64,000 nucleotides of DNA from Chiloscyllium plagiosum. Taxonomy: Eukaryota. The stretch is taken from contig NC_057749.1 in assembly GCF_004010195.1 (NCBI RefSeq), positions 23,894,892-23,958,891 on the forward strand, given 5' to 3'. Below the pieces are notes generated by a model, which was not told where the DNA came from, did no database searches, and worked only from the letters and a program-made list of their open reading frames with translations. The stretch's first letter is position 1. Each line of letters opens with the position of its first letter. A program made the translations under genes and the position numbers. Of the stretch, positions 37,911-49,680 are shown piece after piece.

Positions 37911-39852
37911 ATTTTAAGAGAATATTGAGGGATTCTATGATTAATGTTCTTGACTTCTAAAGGGCCGAGATAATGTTGACTATGGTTTCACCTTGTCTGG
38001 ACTGTAGAATGAGAGAACATACCTGCATTGGAAGCGGGTATATTCGACACCAATCCACGGAAACAACATGGCAGCGAGTGAGTATTAAAGCACCAGGACA
38101 GGCCGCAGAGGGAAATGGATGATGTGGATTCATCCCAATGCAAAATCAAATGGCCTTCTTTTGGAGATGAAGATTTTCCGATAAAGTTGATGAGTCATTG
38201 GAGACGTGGCACAGTGAATGTGGGCGTGCATTTGGGAGGAGCAGTTGATTTGGATCTTTAGCTCCCAATGTTCTCCGAAGCTGGTGGTGGAGGGGGTGTT
38301 CTTTTCATGTCGTGTCTGGCTCTGTTGTAGGCTTTGATAGAGAGAGAGAGATCTGTGAGATAATCAGGAGGTCCATCACTGTCATACCTTGTGATCACCA
38401 GGAGAGCAGAACAAGCTCAACTGTGGACTTCTCATATTCACCGACAGCTGTGAAAGTATTCACAGGCTAATCGGTCTTGTGCAGGTTTTTCAGTTCGCTC
38501 TTGTCGAGTGTGTTTTGCAAATTTAAAATCACGCTGCCGATAGTTTTGAAGAAAGCCGGTTCAGTTATTAACAATTGCGCAAATAATAAATTTCAACCTT
38601 CTGTCGCAACCATGTTTGAACTGGATGTGTTTGAATGTTGGAAGGCACAATGTCATTTTATTGTGTTCCCGTGGAGAACCAACCTCACCAGAGAGTGCAC
38701 TGAAGTTTTCACCCTCTCCTTCACTGACAGCACCATGCTCAGAATCTGAGCTCTGTTCCAATGTGGGTTTGAGATTTCCTCCATAAATTGGGCCATTGGC
38801 TTACCTTCGCCAGTAGATATGAGACAGCTACTGTGTTTGCTTTCAAGGGTTTACACAGAGACGCTTCTATGCTTTAAGTTCCCTGCAAACCCAAGGGGTG
38901 AAGAAATCTCCGGAGGGACTGCTGCTATCCCAAATCAACTCGGCGAGGAAACCTCACATCCATTTCCAGATTGGCAGATGCCTGGTTGGAAGTTTGGAGT
39001 GTCAGGGTGTAGTGGCTAAGGTGCTTCGGGTGATCTGTGATGTGGCAAGAAACTTGAAGACATCACACTGTTGGTGTGGGAATGTTCATCAAGGTGCACA
39101 TTGCAATGTCAAGGCTGAGCCTGTGCTGTGGTGCCAATGGATATGATACGTGGTGGTTGTAGCAAGGCTTCAGTCTACCTTCTTACCAGTGCTGAGCATT
39201 TCAAGGACGCAAGGCCAAGGATGAAGTATATCACATTTGTGAGAGTGTTCACTCCCCACCTTAGCTGCTCACTTCCCTCATTATTTTGTGGCGATAGACC
39301 AGAACTTGACACCAGCCTGAGCTGCCTCTTGTTAAGCGAATGTGGCGCACGCACGTTCTGCCAATCCTATGAAAGAAATGCTAGGATCTGCAGCGGGCAA
39401 GCTTCTGAGTCGAAAAGTGTGGTGCTGGAAAAGCACAGCAGATCAGGCATTATCCGAGGAGCAGGAGAGTCGACGTTTCGGGCATAAGCCCTTCATCAGA
39501 AACATCCTTGAATGTTAGTGAGTTTCGAAAATATCAACTAGCCACAAAGTGACATGACACACTCTCACTAGTATCCTTACATACGGATGAGGAAGAACAC
39601 CACTTCTACTGGGACAACACATCCATCCTAGGACAAACCAAACAGACACACGTACGAGAATTCCCAGAAGCGTGGCATTCCAACCAGAACTCCATCAACT
39701 TGGATCCTGTTTACCACCCCCTGAGAAAAATAACAGGAAATGACACCACCATCAGAAACGATGTCACCACGGGAAATGACATCACCAACCCAACTAAAAT
39801 CAAACATATAAATAGAAAACAGGGCTACACCACCAGTGCTTCATCCGGAGGC

Positions 39853-39892
39853 TCACTGAAGATGTTACCTAATATGGTGACGAAACGTCTGA
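39853..39892 (+). ncRNA. Minimal type-I hammerhead ribozyme motif (family C)
   Basis: UCA-CUGAAGA-U-GUUACC(uaauau)GGUGAC-GAA-ACGU-C-UGA. All core nucleotides present, stems I and II pair, palindromic stem III. Activity not shown. Confidence 0.7.
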
Positions 39893-39954
39893 AAACGACC
39901 CTTCCAGCTCAGCGAGCAAACCTACATCCAGATCCTTGAATGTTGCCTGACCAC

Positions 39955-39989
39955 ATTCCTGATGAAGGGTTTTGCCCGAAACGTCGAGT
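39955..39989 (+). ncRNA. Minimal type-I hammerhead ribozyme motif (family A)
   Basis: AUUC-CUGAUGA-A-GGG(uuuug)CCC-GAA-ACGU-C-GAGU; stem I AUUC/GAGU pairs with one wobble. Confidence 0.65.
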
Positions 39990-41039
39990 CTCCTGCTCCT
40001 CGGATGCTGCCTGACCTGCTGTGCTTTTCCAGCGCCACACATTTCAACTTTGGCTCTCTGGCATCTGCAGTCCTCACTTTCTGTCAGTGGGCAAGCCAGT
40101 GATAGGCTTGAGCAATAACTGTACAGCGTCAAAGGGAACTGCAAGTGTGGGTTCAGATGAGCCAAGTCCCACCTGACCAAGTTTGTTAATGACCTTAGAA
40201 AGATTTAGAGGAGAAATAGAACTGATTGTCAGACAATTCGGCATTCCCGAGGACTTGTGAGCCAAGTGTTTGAGGAAAAAAATGGGATGAAGCAACCACA
40301 GGCATTGGGTTTCAGGAGGGTAAAGTGTTGTCATTTCTGCCTTTGGCCAACCTGTTCCATCTCTGTGAAATTGTCTACTGCTTTCTCTGTTTTATTAGCA
40401 CTTCCCTCCGCAGTGCAGCCATTTTCAGTGTTTTATAGGTAGGCTTCACTTCGTCAAGCCCGTGTGTAACTTCAGAGCTGGTACTGGGGCTGCACCAGAC
40501 TGTGAGATTGTTATTGGGAATCCGGGTCGGGCAGGGACCAAAGGCAGACCCAGTTGGAGGACCCAACCAAAACTAACCAGTCACATTACTGATTGCAAGC
40601 CTGTTGCTGGTCAGACACATGACCCTTGTACCATGTCAAGTGGCTGTTATTTTGTGTAAATGTTGGAGACACACACTCTACTTTTTCTCAAGTTTAGTAC
40701 ATGATCGTGTTTCAGCCTTGCTTTACTTCCGAATTTATTAGCCCTTCCTGGAGTCCAGGTAATGAGGAGGGAGTTCCTGAATGTACATAAAAAATGTGTC
40801 TGTAATGTTTCTGACTGTAAACTTGTAGAAGTTTCCATTTATTTACACCATGCCACAGCAATGCAAGCTGTTATTACTAATGGGCACAAAGTGATCTGTT
40901 GGAGTTTTGATTGAGGTTTTCACAGTTAGGAGAGGGCTGGATCGATTAGGTCAGGAGAAGCTGCTCCAGTTGGTAAAAGGAATGAAAGGCAGAGGGCACA
41001 GATTGAAAAATAAGCAACCATAATGTGAGAAACAACTTG

Positions 41040-41860
41040 GCAGCACTCTGTCAGCACTGATCCTCCACAGTGTGGCACTCCCTCAGCACTGATCCTGTCA
41101 CAGTGTGGCACTCCCTTAGCACTGACTCTCCAACAGTGCAGCACTCCCTCAGCACTGACCCTCTCACAGTGCGGCACTCCCTCAGCACTGATCCTCTCAC
41201 AGTCTGGCACTCCCTCAGTACTGACCCTCTGATAGTTCAGCACTGACCCTCAAACAGTGCGGCAGTCCCTCAGCACTGACCCTCGGACAGTGCGGCAATC
41301 CCTCAGCACTGACCCTCGGACAGTGCGGCAATCCCTCAGCACTGACTCTCTGACAGTGCAGCACTCCTTTAGTACTGACCCTCCATCAGTGCTGACCCTC
41401 TGATAGTGCAGTATTCCCTCAGTGCTGACCCTCCGATAGTGCAGTATTCCCTCAGCGCTGACCCTCCGACAGTGCAGCACTCCCTCAGCACTGAGCCTCC
41501 GACAGTGCGGCACTCCCTCATCTCTGACGCTCCGACAGTGCGGCACTCCCTCAGCACTGACCCTCCGACAGTGCAGTATTCCCTAAGCACTGACCCTCCG
41601 ACAGTGCAGTATTCCCTAAGCGCTGACCCTCCGACAGTGCGGCACTCCCTCAGTGCGGTACTCCCTCTGTACCAATCCTGTAACAGTGCAGCGTTCCCTA
41701 GGTACCCACTCTCCGACAGTGCAGCGTTCCCTATGGGCTGACCCTCTGATAGTGCAGCGCTGTCTGAGCATGGACCCTCTGACAGTGTGTAGCTGTCTCA
41801 TTGCTCATCCTCTGAGCATGAGGCACTGAGTGGGTGCTGACCTTCTGACAGAGTCACACT
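41040..41860. repeat. 33-bp minisatellite, ~24 units (cagcactgaccctccgacagtgcggcactccct), degenerating at the right end
   Basis: Directly visible; internal inverted repeat gcactg/cagtgc; runs into a reverse-oriented tRNA-SINE head at ~41860-41950. Confidence 0.9.
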
Positions 41861-41952
41861 GTACTGAGAGTGCCAGCTGGACTATGTACCCACGTCCCTG
41901 AAATGAGACTTGAAGCCACAGCCTTCTATCCCAGAGCAGTGTGTGCTTCCCA

Positions 41953-42260
41953 TTAGATTACTTACAGTGTGGAAACAGGCCCTTCGGCCCAACAAGTCCA
42001 CACCGACCCGCCGAAGCGTAACCCACCCATTCCCGTACATTTACCCCTTTACCTAACACTACGGGCAATTTAGCTTGGCCAATTCACCTGACGTGCACAT
42101 CTTTGGACTATGGGAGGAAACCAGAGCACCCGGACGAAACCCTCGCAGACACTGGGAGAATGTGCAAACTCCACACAGACAGTCGCCTGAGTCGGGAATT
42201 GAACCCGAGTCCCTGGCGCTGTGAGGCAGCAGTGCTAACCACTGTGCCACCGTGCCGCCC
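41953..42260 (-). mobile_element. HE1-like V-SINE
   Basis: Near-complete reverse-complement copy ending ccgtgccgccc. Confidence 0.85.
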
Positions 42261-43056
42261 TAATGAACGCGGAATGGTTGGTTTTGGTGGGTGATGTGCA
42301 AAGTGAACCCAACTCTATTTAATTGATCACTCTGCTTTTCTATTTGGAATGAAAATAATTTCTGATCCTGGCTTTGAATCACTTTCCTCAAATAACTCTC
42401 CCCAGATATCTATAATCCAGCCAGTCATGAAGCAGTCCGAGAATTTAAGGCCAGATTGAAGATGTCAGTGTGTGACAGGATGTGATGTTGGAGGTATTTT
42501 CCAGCTTCTATCTGTAAATGAAGTGGATTGCTGTGACTGTTGATTCAGCATCCATCACTGCCTCAGGATTAGATGTCAAATCAATGGAAGAAGCTGTCAA
42601 TGAGCTTTCCTGCTGTATTTCTCACCATGCTCCGTGAAGAGTAATTGCTCGCATTGTAAGGCGTCTTGTTAGATCATCGTGCAGTGAATACTCTTCTCAG
42701 GCCCTACATCTGTTGGCATCTCAGGATCACTCAGAATTGCCGAGAAAAGACACGTTAATTGGCGCATTCCCCATGGTAACGCCTCGACCAATCAGAGTCG
42801 AGTTGCTAACCAGTGAGCGCTCTCCTCTCATCCATTATGAATGTGGTTCCCCCTCCCCAACATGTTGGCATTCTTGTGAATTGTCCTGATGACTGCAAGA
42901 TGAAAAAAAATTGTCAGAATATCTTTTCCCAGCAATGCTCAGGTTCTGAACAACCAAACAATGATTTATGAGGAAAATGTTCATTTTGATCCCATTGGTA
43001 ATTTTTCGGAATTTACCTCCCATTGTGTAGTGCTTGATCGTTCTGTTGCTTTTCAT

Positions 43057-43770
43057 AGAATCCCTACGGTGTGGAAGCAGGCCATTTGGCCCGTCAAGTT
43101 CACGCCGGTCCTCAGAAGAGCATGCCACCCAGACCCACCTCATTCCTGTAACCCTGCATTTAGCATGGCTAATCCATCTAGCTTGCACATCCATGGGCAA
43201 TTTCCTACGGCCAGTCCACCTAACCTGCCCATCTTTGGACTGTAAGAGGAAACAAGTGCACCCGGAGGAAACCCACACACGGGGCGAATGGAATCGAAGC
43301 CAGGTCCCTGGCACTGTAATGCAGGAGTGCTAACCACTGAGCCACCGTGCTGCCCATGGTTGATTCTCAAGTTGATCTGGATGACTGTCTTTGTACACTC
43401 CATGGGTTACTTTCGGGAAGAATGCGACCATGAACTGCCTGTAGATTCCCTTTCAATTCCTGATTTTATGAGGGATGGCTTGGCCAGCATTTATTGCCCA
43501 TCCCTAATTGCCCAGTTAAGAGTCAACCACATTGCTGTGGGTCTGGAGTCACATGTAGGCCAGACCAGCGAAAGACATTAGTGAACCAGGTGGGTTTTTC
43601 CAACAATCAACAATGGATTCACAGACACCATTAGCCGCTTTATACCAAATTTTCATTAGATTCAATTTTTACCATCTTCCATGGCGGAATTCAAACCGGG
43701 GTCCTCAGAGCATTGCCTGGGTCTCTGGTTTAACAGTCCAATGATAATACCACTAGGCCATTGGTTCCCC
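43057..43770 (-). mobile_element. HE1-like V-SINE (43057-43354) and second-family tRNA-SINE (43470-43770)
   Basis: Matches to the two SINE families. Confidence 0.75.
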
Positions 43771-44154
43771 ATTTGGGAATGCATCACCTCTTTTTATTTT
43801 ACAGTGTCACCGGGCCAAAATCCTGGAGCTCCGCTGAGCAGCATTGAGGTTATACCTATACCCCAAGGATGGTAATGATTCAAGATAGTGGCTCACTACC
43901 GCCACCTCAAGGGAAAGTGGAGGTGTGCAATAAATGCTGGCCGTTGTTTGGTTAGAGTGGTCCAGGAAAAGCACAGCAGGTCAGGCAGCGTCCGAGGAGC
44001 AGGAAAATCGACGTTTTGGGCAAAAGCCCTGGCCTGGTCAGTGATGCCCGCATGCAGTGAAGGTGGTAATAAGTTTATATTGGTGCGAGAATGAATCTCT
44101 CTTGGTTTGTTTCCCCAGGCGTGGTGAGGGCCTGATCTCCGTTCGCTTGGCACC

Positions 44155-44290
44155 ATGGTGGCCCTCTCGCTGAAGATTTGTGTCCGCCAGTGTAATGTCG
44201 TCAAGACGATGCAGTTCGAGCCCTCCACTGTGGTTTACGATGCCTGTCGTATAATCCGAGAGCGTGTGCCCGAGGCACAGATGGGCCAAG
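44155..44290 (+). CDS. TLN2: Talin-2 coding exon 1 (F0 subdomain), MVALSLKICVRQCNVVKTMQFEPSTVVYDACRIIRERVPEAQMGQ; exon starts at 44119 with 36 nt of 5' UTR
   Basis: Translation matches the talin-2 N-terminus (MVALSLKICVR.CNVVKTMQFEPST; talin-1 lacks the CVR.C segment). Acceptor ttccccag ends at 44118, Kozak context caccATGg, donor gtgaga at 44291; 136 nt coding, phase 1. Confidence 0.97.
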
Positions 44291-44951
44291 GTGAGAGCAC
44301 ACGTCCTGATCTATTACTTGGCTGTTGGTTTTATGCTCGCTTTTTCTGTCACGGGCACCCGTTGTCACTCAGTCTCTGTGTAATAAAGAAATGTCCCAGT
44401 GCAGAAGTGAATGGGTTAATCAATCAGCAGTATAACAACTACTTGGATTTATACGTTGACTGTTCATGTACAGTGTATCCAGGCACATCAGAGGCCAGAC
44501 ATCAAGCCTTGTGTCAGGTAAAGGCAGGATCGAGGTTGTATTTACTGCGGTGGAGCGGCACGTCAAGAAGTCTATGGGGGGGTGGGGGGACTTCCAGAAC
44601 TTTAGGTCTCAGCTGAGGTAGAGCCAGAATTTGAAGGAATTGCGCAGATCGTGGTGAGTTGTGAGGTGGGGGTGTGGGTGGGGGTGTTGTGGACTGCAGA
44701 AAATTCCAGAGAATGTGAGTGAAGTCCCGCAATAATCCAAGACAAGGATGACTATCGACACCTATTGAGGTGTTGCTGGTCTGGAACTGGTGGAGGTCCA
44801 TGTTTTGGGAACTGGTACAAACTGAGCGAGGCAGCTCTGAGTAAATCCACTGCTGTGGGCCTGAGGTGAGATAACTGAAGAGAGTGTTGTTTGTTAATAT
44901 AGCAAGAATTAAGCAGGCAATCAAAATTATTGAATGTAAGTATAAAATAGG

Positions 44952-45240
44952 ATCATCGAATCTTCACTGTGTGGGAGGAGGTCATTTGGCCCATCAAGTC
45001 CACACTGACCGTCCTAAAAGCATCCCATCCAGAGCCACTCCATTCCAATAATCCCACATTTCCCATGGCTAATCCATCGAACCTATACGTCCCTGGACAC
45101 TATGTGCAATTCAGCACGGCCAATCCACCTAACCTGCACATCTTTGGATTGTGGGAGGAAACCCAGGCAGACACGGGGAGAATGTGCAGACTCCACACAG
45201 ACAGTCACTGTGAGGTAGCAGTGCTAACCGTTGAGTCACC
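44952..45240 (-). mobile_element. HE1-like V-SINE in the TLN2 intron after coding exon 1
   Basis: Reverse complement of V-SINE. Confidence 0.75.
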
Positions 45241-46079
45241 GGACTGTCCCATCGGAACAAAAGGGGGAATAGGTTGAACTGGTGTATGAAGGAGCTGTTA
45301 GACTGAGTAGTTAATAAACTTTCTACTTGCAATGAAAAGCATCTTAGTTTCTAACTCTCAGGCTGGCTTGGATTCAAGTTGACATTACTCGCCTCGAATT
45401 GTCAAAACTGACAGCTTGAATCTATGTTTTTGCTCAGTGAGAATTATGAGGAATTCTGCAAAGAGATTACTGCACAGGGGAGGAAAGGAAGGGAATTGTA
45501 CATCCACATTCCTAGTTGATGTTCCAGTCTAAAAATGGTCCTTCCATTTGATGGGGGGGGGGGGGCCTGGTTAATCCTGGCTCCAAATGCCTGAAGAACC
45601 AGGAAAGGAGAGGCAATTCCCGAAGTCAATTTCCAGCAACATGGCCCTTTGGCATTCGGGGCCTGTAGCAGTGAGAGCCGGGGGAGAACGTGCAGGAGGA
45701 GAGAGGGAACCTGAGAGGACAGAAGGAAAGGGCAGCGGCAGACTGGGACTGTGAAGAAGGGGGTTGGAGAATACGTCAAGGGGAGGCCAGCATTTTAGGA
45801 GGAGTAGGCAAGGGGTGGGGAGAAGAGGGCAGGGAAGGAGAGGAGAAATATCAATCGAGGAGTGGTCATGGGAGAGGTGGTGGGAAGATCAGGAGGAGAC
45901 GGGAGCTGGACTAACTGACTGTTCTGAGCTGTACTTTGGAACAGGCACCAGGGTACAAATGCAAAGTTTTGTTTTTAATTTCACGTTTTTGTCTTTGAAT
46001 GAGCTGTCGTTTTTGGATACAAGTGCAAGTTGATTCATCGCAGAACTATTTTGAGGTCTTGTTTATTTCTGTTTTACAG

Positions 46080-46177
46080 CCTCGGATTATGGATTGTTCC
46101 TGTCCGATGACGATCCAAGGAAAGGGATCTGGCTTGAATCTGGCCGCACTCTGGATTATTATATGCTTCGTAATGGG
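46080..46177 (+). CDS. TLN2: Talin-2 coding exon 2, (A)SDYGLFLSDDDPRKGIWLESGRTLDYYMLRNG
   Basis: Acceptor gttttacag, donor gtctgt; 98 nt, completes the phase-1 Ala codon from exon 1. Talin F0 sequence. Confidence 0.96.
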
Positions 46178-46422
46178 GTCTGTCTAATCTTTTTCTCGGC
46201 TTTATGAAATATTAAGACTGTCAATCAGGATCATAGTGTGACACACTTGTATGTACCAGAAGCTATATATAATAACACGTAGAGTCCGATTCTCTGCAGA
46301 CAGAGAACATGTATGCTGACTGCACCTAATCCATTTCGGGGCAATGCCTTGACTGATTGAAGTCGACCTGCCTTGCTTAAAATTTAAACACAGCTTGGCA
46401 GTTAACTTTCAGTCATAACTAG

Positions 46423-46649
46423 GCGGAAGTGAGGACTGCAGTTGCTGGAGATTAGGGTCAAGATTAGAGTGGTGCTGGAAAACCACAGCAGGTCAGGCAG
46501 CATCCGAGGAGCTGGAAAATCAACATTTCAGGCAGGAGCCCTTCATCATTCCTGATGAAGGGCTCCTGCCCGAAACGTCGATTTTCCTGCTCCTCGGATG
46601 CTGCCTGACCTGCTGTGGTTTTCCAGCACCACTCTAATCTTGACTCATG
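46423..46649. mobile_element. Palindromic Penelope-like terminal repeat (family A) with 14-bp TSD
   Basis: ~90-bp inverted arms; tcagtcataactag at 46409-46422 and 46650-46663. Confidence 0.85.
46548..46583 (+). ncRNA. Minimal hammerhead ribozyme motif (family A), sense to TLN2
   Basis: AUUC-CUGAUGA-A-GGGC(uccu)GCCC-GAA-ACGU-C-GAUU; core intact, stem I imperfect. Confidence 0.6.
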
Positions 46650-47949
46650 TCAGTCATAACTAGCTGCTGCACTCTTCATGACAACCAACCCACGAGCACT
46701 TGGACAGTATTGCTTTCCCCTCAAATTGGTATTTCTTGCGAATTGTCCTGATGAGTGCAAGACAACACCATTCAACAAAATGTGTATTGGTTTTCAGCAG
46801 TACTCAAGTTCTGAGCAGCTGTTGATGAAAAGCTGTGAATAAATCCTAGTCACCTTTCTAATATCTTCTGCCTGTTGATTTTTTTATTGGAGTTTTCATA
46901 GTGCAGCAAGGGTTAGATGGTTTGGTCGAGTTGAGTATGATTGGGAAGAGTCTGACTTCATAGATCAGGATTGAGAGTTACATCACAGCAGAGATAGTGG
47001 AAGCTCACGGCACAGATCTTCACTGTCATTTCTGTGGGAAGCTTCACTTGATATTGATTCTCAGTGTGTTCCTTGAGGATTTCCTTGTATTTGTAGTCTC
47101 CCATTCATAGATTCATACAATGATGAAGCACGGTGTGAGGCCATTTGGCCCATCTTGCTGGTGTTAGCTAGGAGAAAGTGAGGACTGCAGATGCTGGAGA
47201 TTAGAGTCGAAGAGTGTGGTGCTGGAAAAGCACAACCGGTCAGGCTTTTTGGAACCGGCATAATATTAGTCCCACTTCCTTGATGTCCCCCTACACCCTG
47301 AAATTTCTTTTCCTCTTGAAGTGTTTATCCAATTCCCTTTTGCCGAATCTGTTTCCATCTCTTGCCCAGACAGAAGGTAACAGATTGCAGCTCATTGGGT
47401 AGTTTGCATCTGAGTGAACATCTTGGAGCAGGGCACTTCTCATTGACTCAAACAAAAGCAAAATATTCATGTTCTTAACAATTGGTCAAACATTTGGTTC
47501 AAGCACTTCCCATCGCATCAGGAACTGTTCAGTGACTGTTGAGGCCTGAAACTGTTTCTGGTTGGAGGTGGGGAGAGCTGCCAGATGTGATGAGTCACCA
47601 CGTGGAGCCCTGCCCAGAGATTTTACAAACTTTCCACTCATTTCTTTTTGTAATTTAATGCTCATTGTAGTTTAATGAAGAACAATTCCTTTCTGACAGT
47701 GAACATGTGTGAGCTGGTGGTTTAGTGGTAATACCACTGAACGAGTAATAATCCCAGTGATGTTCAGGGGGCAGCGGTTCATATCATACCTTGGCACAGG
47801 GTGCAGTTTGGAGTTCAGTGCAAGTCTGAAATAGAAAGTACGTCTAATGATGATCATGTAACCACTGATTGCTGTAAAAACGCATCTGGTTCACTCGTGT
47901 CCTTTAGAGAGGAGAATCTGCCGTCATTACCTGGTGTGGGCTGCAGGAC

Positions 47950-48690
47950 GGACACCATGTTGCTGGTGTATAGGACATTGGTGATGCCACTTTTGGAATG
48001 CTGCATTCATTTCTGGTCTCCCAGCTATAGCAAGGATGCTGTTAAACTTGATTTGGAGGTGCTGGTGTTGGACTTGGGTGTACAAAGTTAAAAATCACGC
48101 AACACCAGGTTATAGTCCGACAGGTTTATTTGGAAGCACGAGCTTTCGGAGCGCTGCTCCTTCATCGGGTGGTAGTGTGAGTTTTAACATTGTTAAACTT
48201 GAGAGGGCTCAGACAAGATTCACAAGGATGTTGCTGAGACTGGAGGGTTTGAGTTATAGGGAGAGCCTGAATAGGTTGGAGCTATTTTCCCTGGAGTTTC
48301 GGAGGCTGAGGGATGCCCTTCTAGAGGTTTATAACATCATGAGGGGCATGGATAGGGTGAATAGCTAGGGTCTTTTACCCCCAGGGTAGGGGAGTCCAAA
48401 ACTAGAAGGTTTAGGCTTAAGGCGAGAGGGGAAAGATTTAAAGAGGACCCGACGGGTAACATTTTCACGCAGAGGGTGGTGCGTGGATGGAACAAGCTGC
48501 CAAAGAACATGGTGGAGGCTTGTACAATGTCAACATTTAAAAGGCATCTCGATGGGTATATGAATAGGAAGGGTTTAGAGGGATATGGGTCAAGTGCTGG
48601 AAAATGGGACTAGATTAGGTTGGGATGTTTGGTTGGTGCACACAAGATGGACCGGGTGATCTGTTTCCATGCTGTATGACTCTATGATTC
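47950..48690 (+). mobile_element. CR1/HER1-like 3' fragment interrupted by a family-B Penelope terminus (48052-48190, TSD tgttaaacttga)
   Basis: CR1 motifs (YRTLVMPLLECCIHFWSP; KLERAQTRFTRML); TSD at 48040-48051 and 48191-48202. Confidence 0.85.
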
Positions 48691-48948
48691 AAAGTTTGTG
48701 AGAAGATTTGTAGCTCGGGTGCTCGTTGTTGTGGTTCTGTTCGCCGAGCTGGGAATTTGTGTTGCAGACGTTTTGTCCCCTGTCTCGGTGACATCCTCAG
48801 TGCTTGGGAGCCTCCTGTGAAGCGCTTCTGTGATCCTTCCTCCGGCATTTGTAGTGGTTTGTATCTGCCGCTTCCGGTTGTCAGTTCCAGCTGTCCGTTG
48901 CAGTGGTAGGTATATTGGATCCAGATCAATGTGCTTATTGATTGTCTG
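48691..48948 (-). mobile_element. Penelope-like 3' fragment (family C-related) with 13-bp TSD and a degenerate hammerhead (48764-48803)
   Basis: TINKHIDLDPIYLPL is homologous to SINLDPVYHPL at ~39690; gactctatgattc at 48678-48690 and 48949-48961. Confidence 0.8.
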
Positions 48949-49229
48949 GACTCTATGATTCCAGACCCACAGCAACATGATTGACTCTGAACTGCCCTCA
49001 AGGCAATTAAGGATGGACAATAAATCCTGCTGTAGGCAGTGATGAACATGCAATGAACAAATAGGGAAATGAAAGGGATTGAGATGGAAATTTTAAGTTA
49101 TAGAATCCTTACAGTACGGAAGCAGGCCATTAGGTCTTCAAGTCCCACCTCCGACCCCATCCCTGTAACCCTGCATTTCCCATGGCTAACCCATCAAGCC
49201 TGCACATCCCAGGGTGCTGCAGACAATTT

Positions 49230-49680
49230 AAGGGAGATAGGTTGCCAACTCGCGGAGCATTTCAGAGAACATCTCTGGGATACGCACCAAACAGTCCCAC
49301 CGCCCTGTGGCAGACCACTTCAACTCCCCCCTCCCACTCCACCAAGGACATGCAAGTCCTGGGCCTCCTCCACCACCAAAACCTAACCAACTGACGCTTG
49401 GAGTAAGGACGTCTCATCTTCTGCCTTGGAACCCTCAAACCACCACAGCATCAATGTCGATTTAACCAATTTCCTTATCTCCCCTCTCCCCCACCTCATC
49501 CCAGATCCAACCCTCCAACTCGACATCACACTCTTGAACTGTCCTACCAGGACATCGTCCTCGTCCTTCCCACCTGTATGCTCCACCCTCAGCTCTGACC
49601 TATCACCATCACCCCACCCCCACCTGCATCTATTTATCCCCTTCCGAGCTACCTAACATCCACCACTCAGCCTCTGATGC
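49230..49680 (+). mobile_element. Penelope-like GIY-YIG C-terminal fragment (family A)
   Basis: EIGCQLAEHFREHLWDT...HSTKDMQVLGLLH is homologous to 26296-26590. Confidence 0.8.

Larger units (their letters stand above)
39403..40084. mobile_element. Nested Penelope-like insertion: family-A palindrome split by a family-C 3' fragment (39517-39931)
   Basis: Outer TSD cagYgggcaagc (39391-39402, 40085-40096); inner TSD atccttgaatgtt (39504-39516, 39932-39944). The inner piece translates to HHFYWDNTSILGQ...REFPEAWHSNQNSIN, a Penelope endonuclease C-terminus. Confidence 0.85.

Noticed and set aside
41040..41860. Repetitive ORFs and CRISPR-like periodicity
   Set aside because: Simple minisatellite without spacers.
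44291..44616. ORF continuing past coding exon 1 (also ORF 57936..58772 before exon 6, and read-through after exons 4 and 5)
   Set aside because: Talin similarity stops exactly at canonical splice sites; the extensions are intronic or low-complexity.
46178..46183. Weak donor GTCTGT after coding exon 2
   Set aside because: It is still a canonical GT and gives the correct length and phase; no sign of pseudogenisation.
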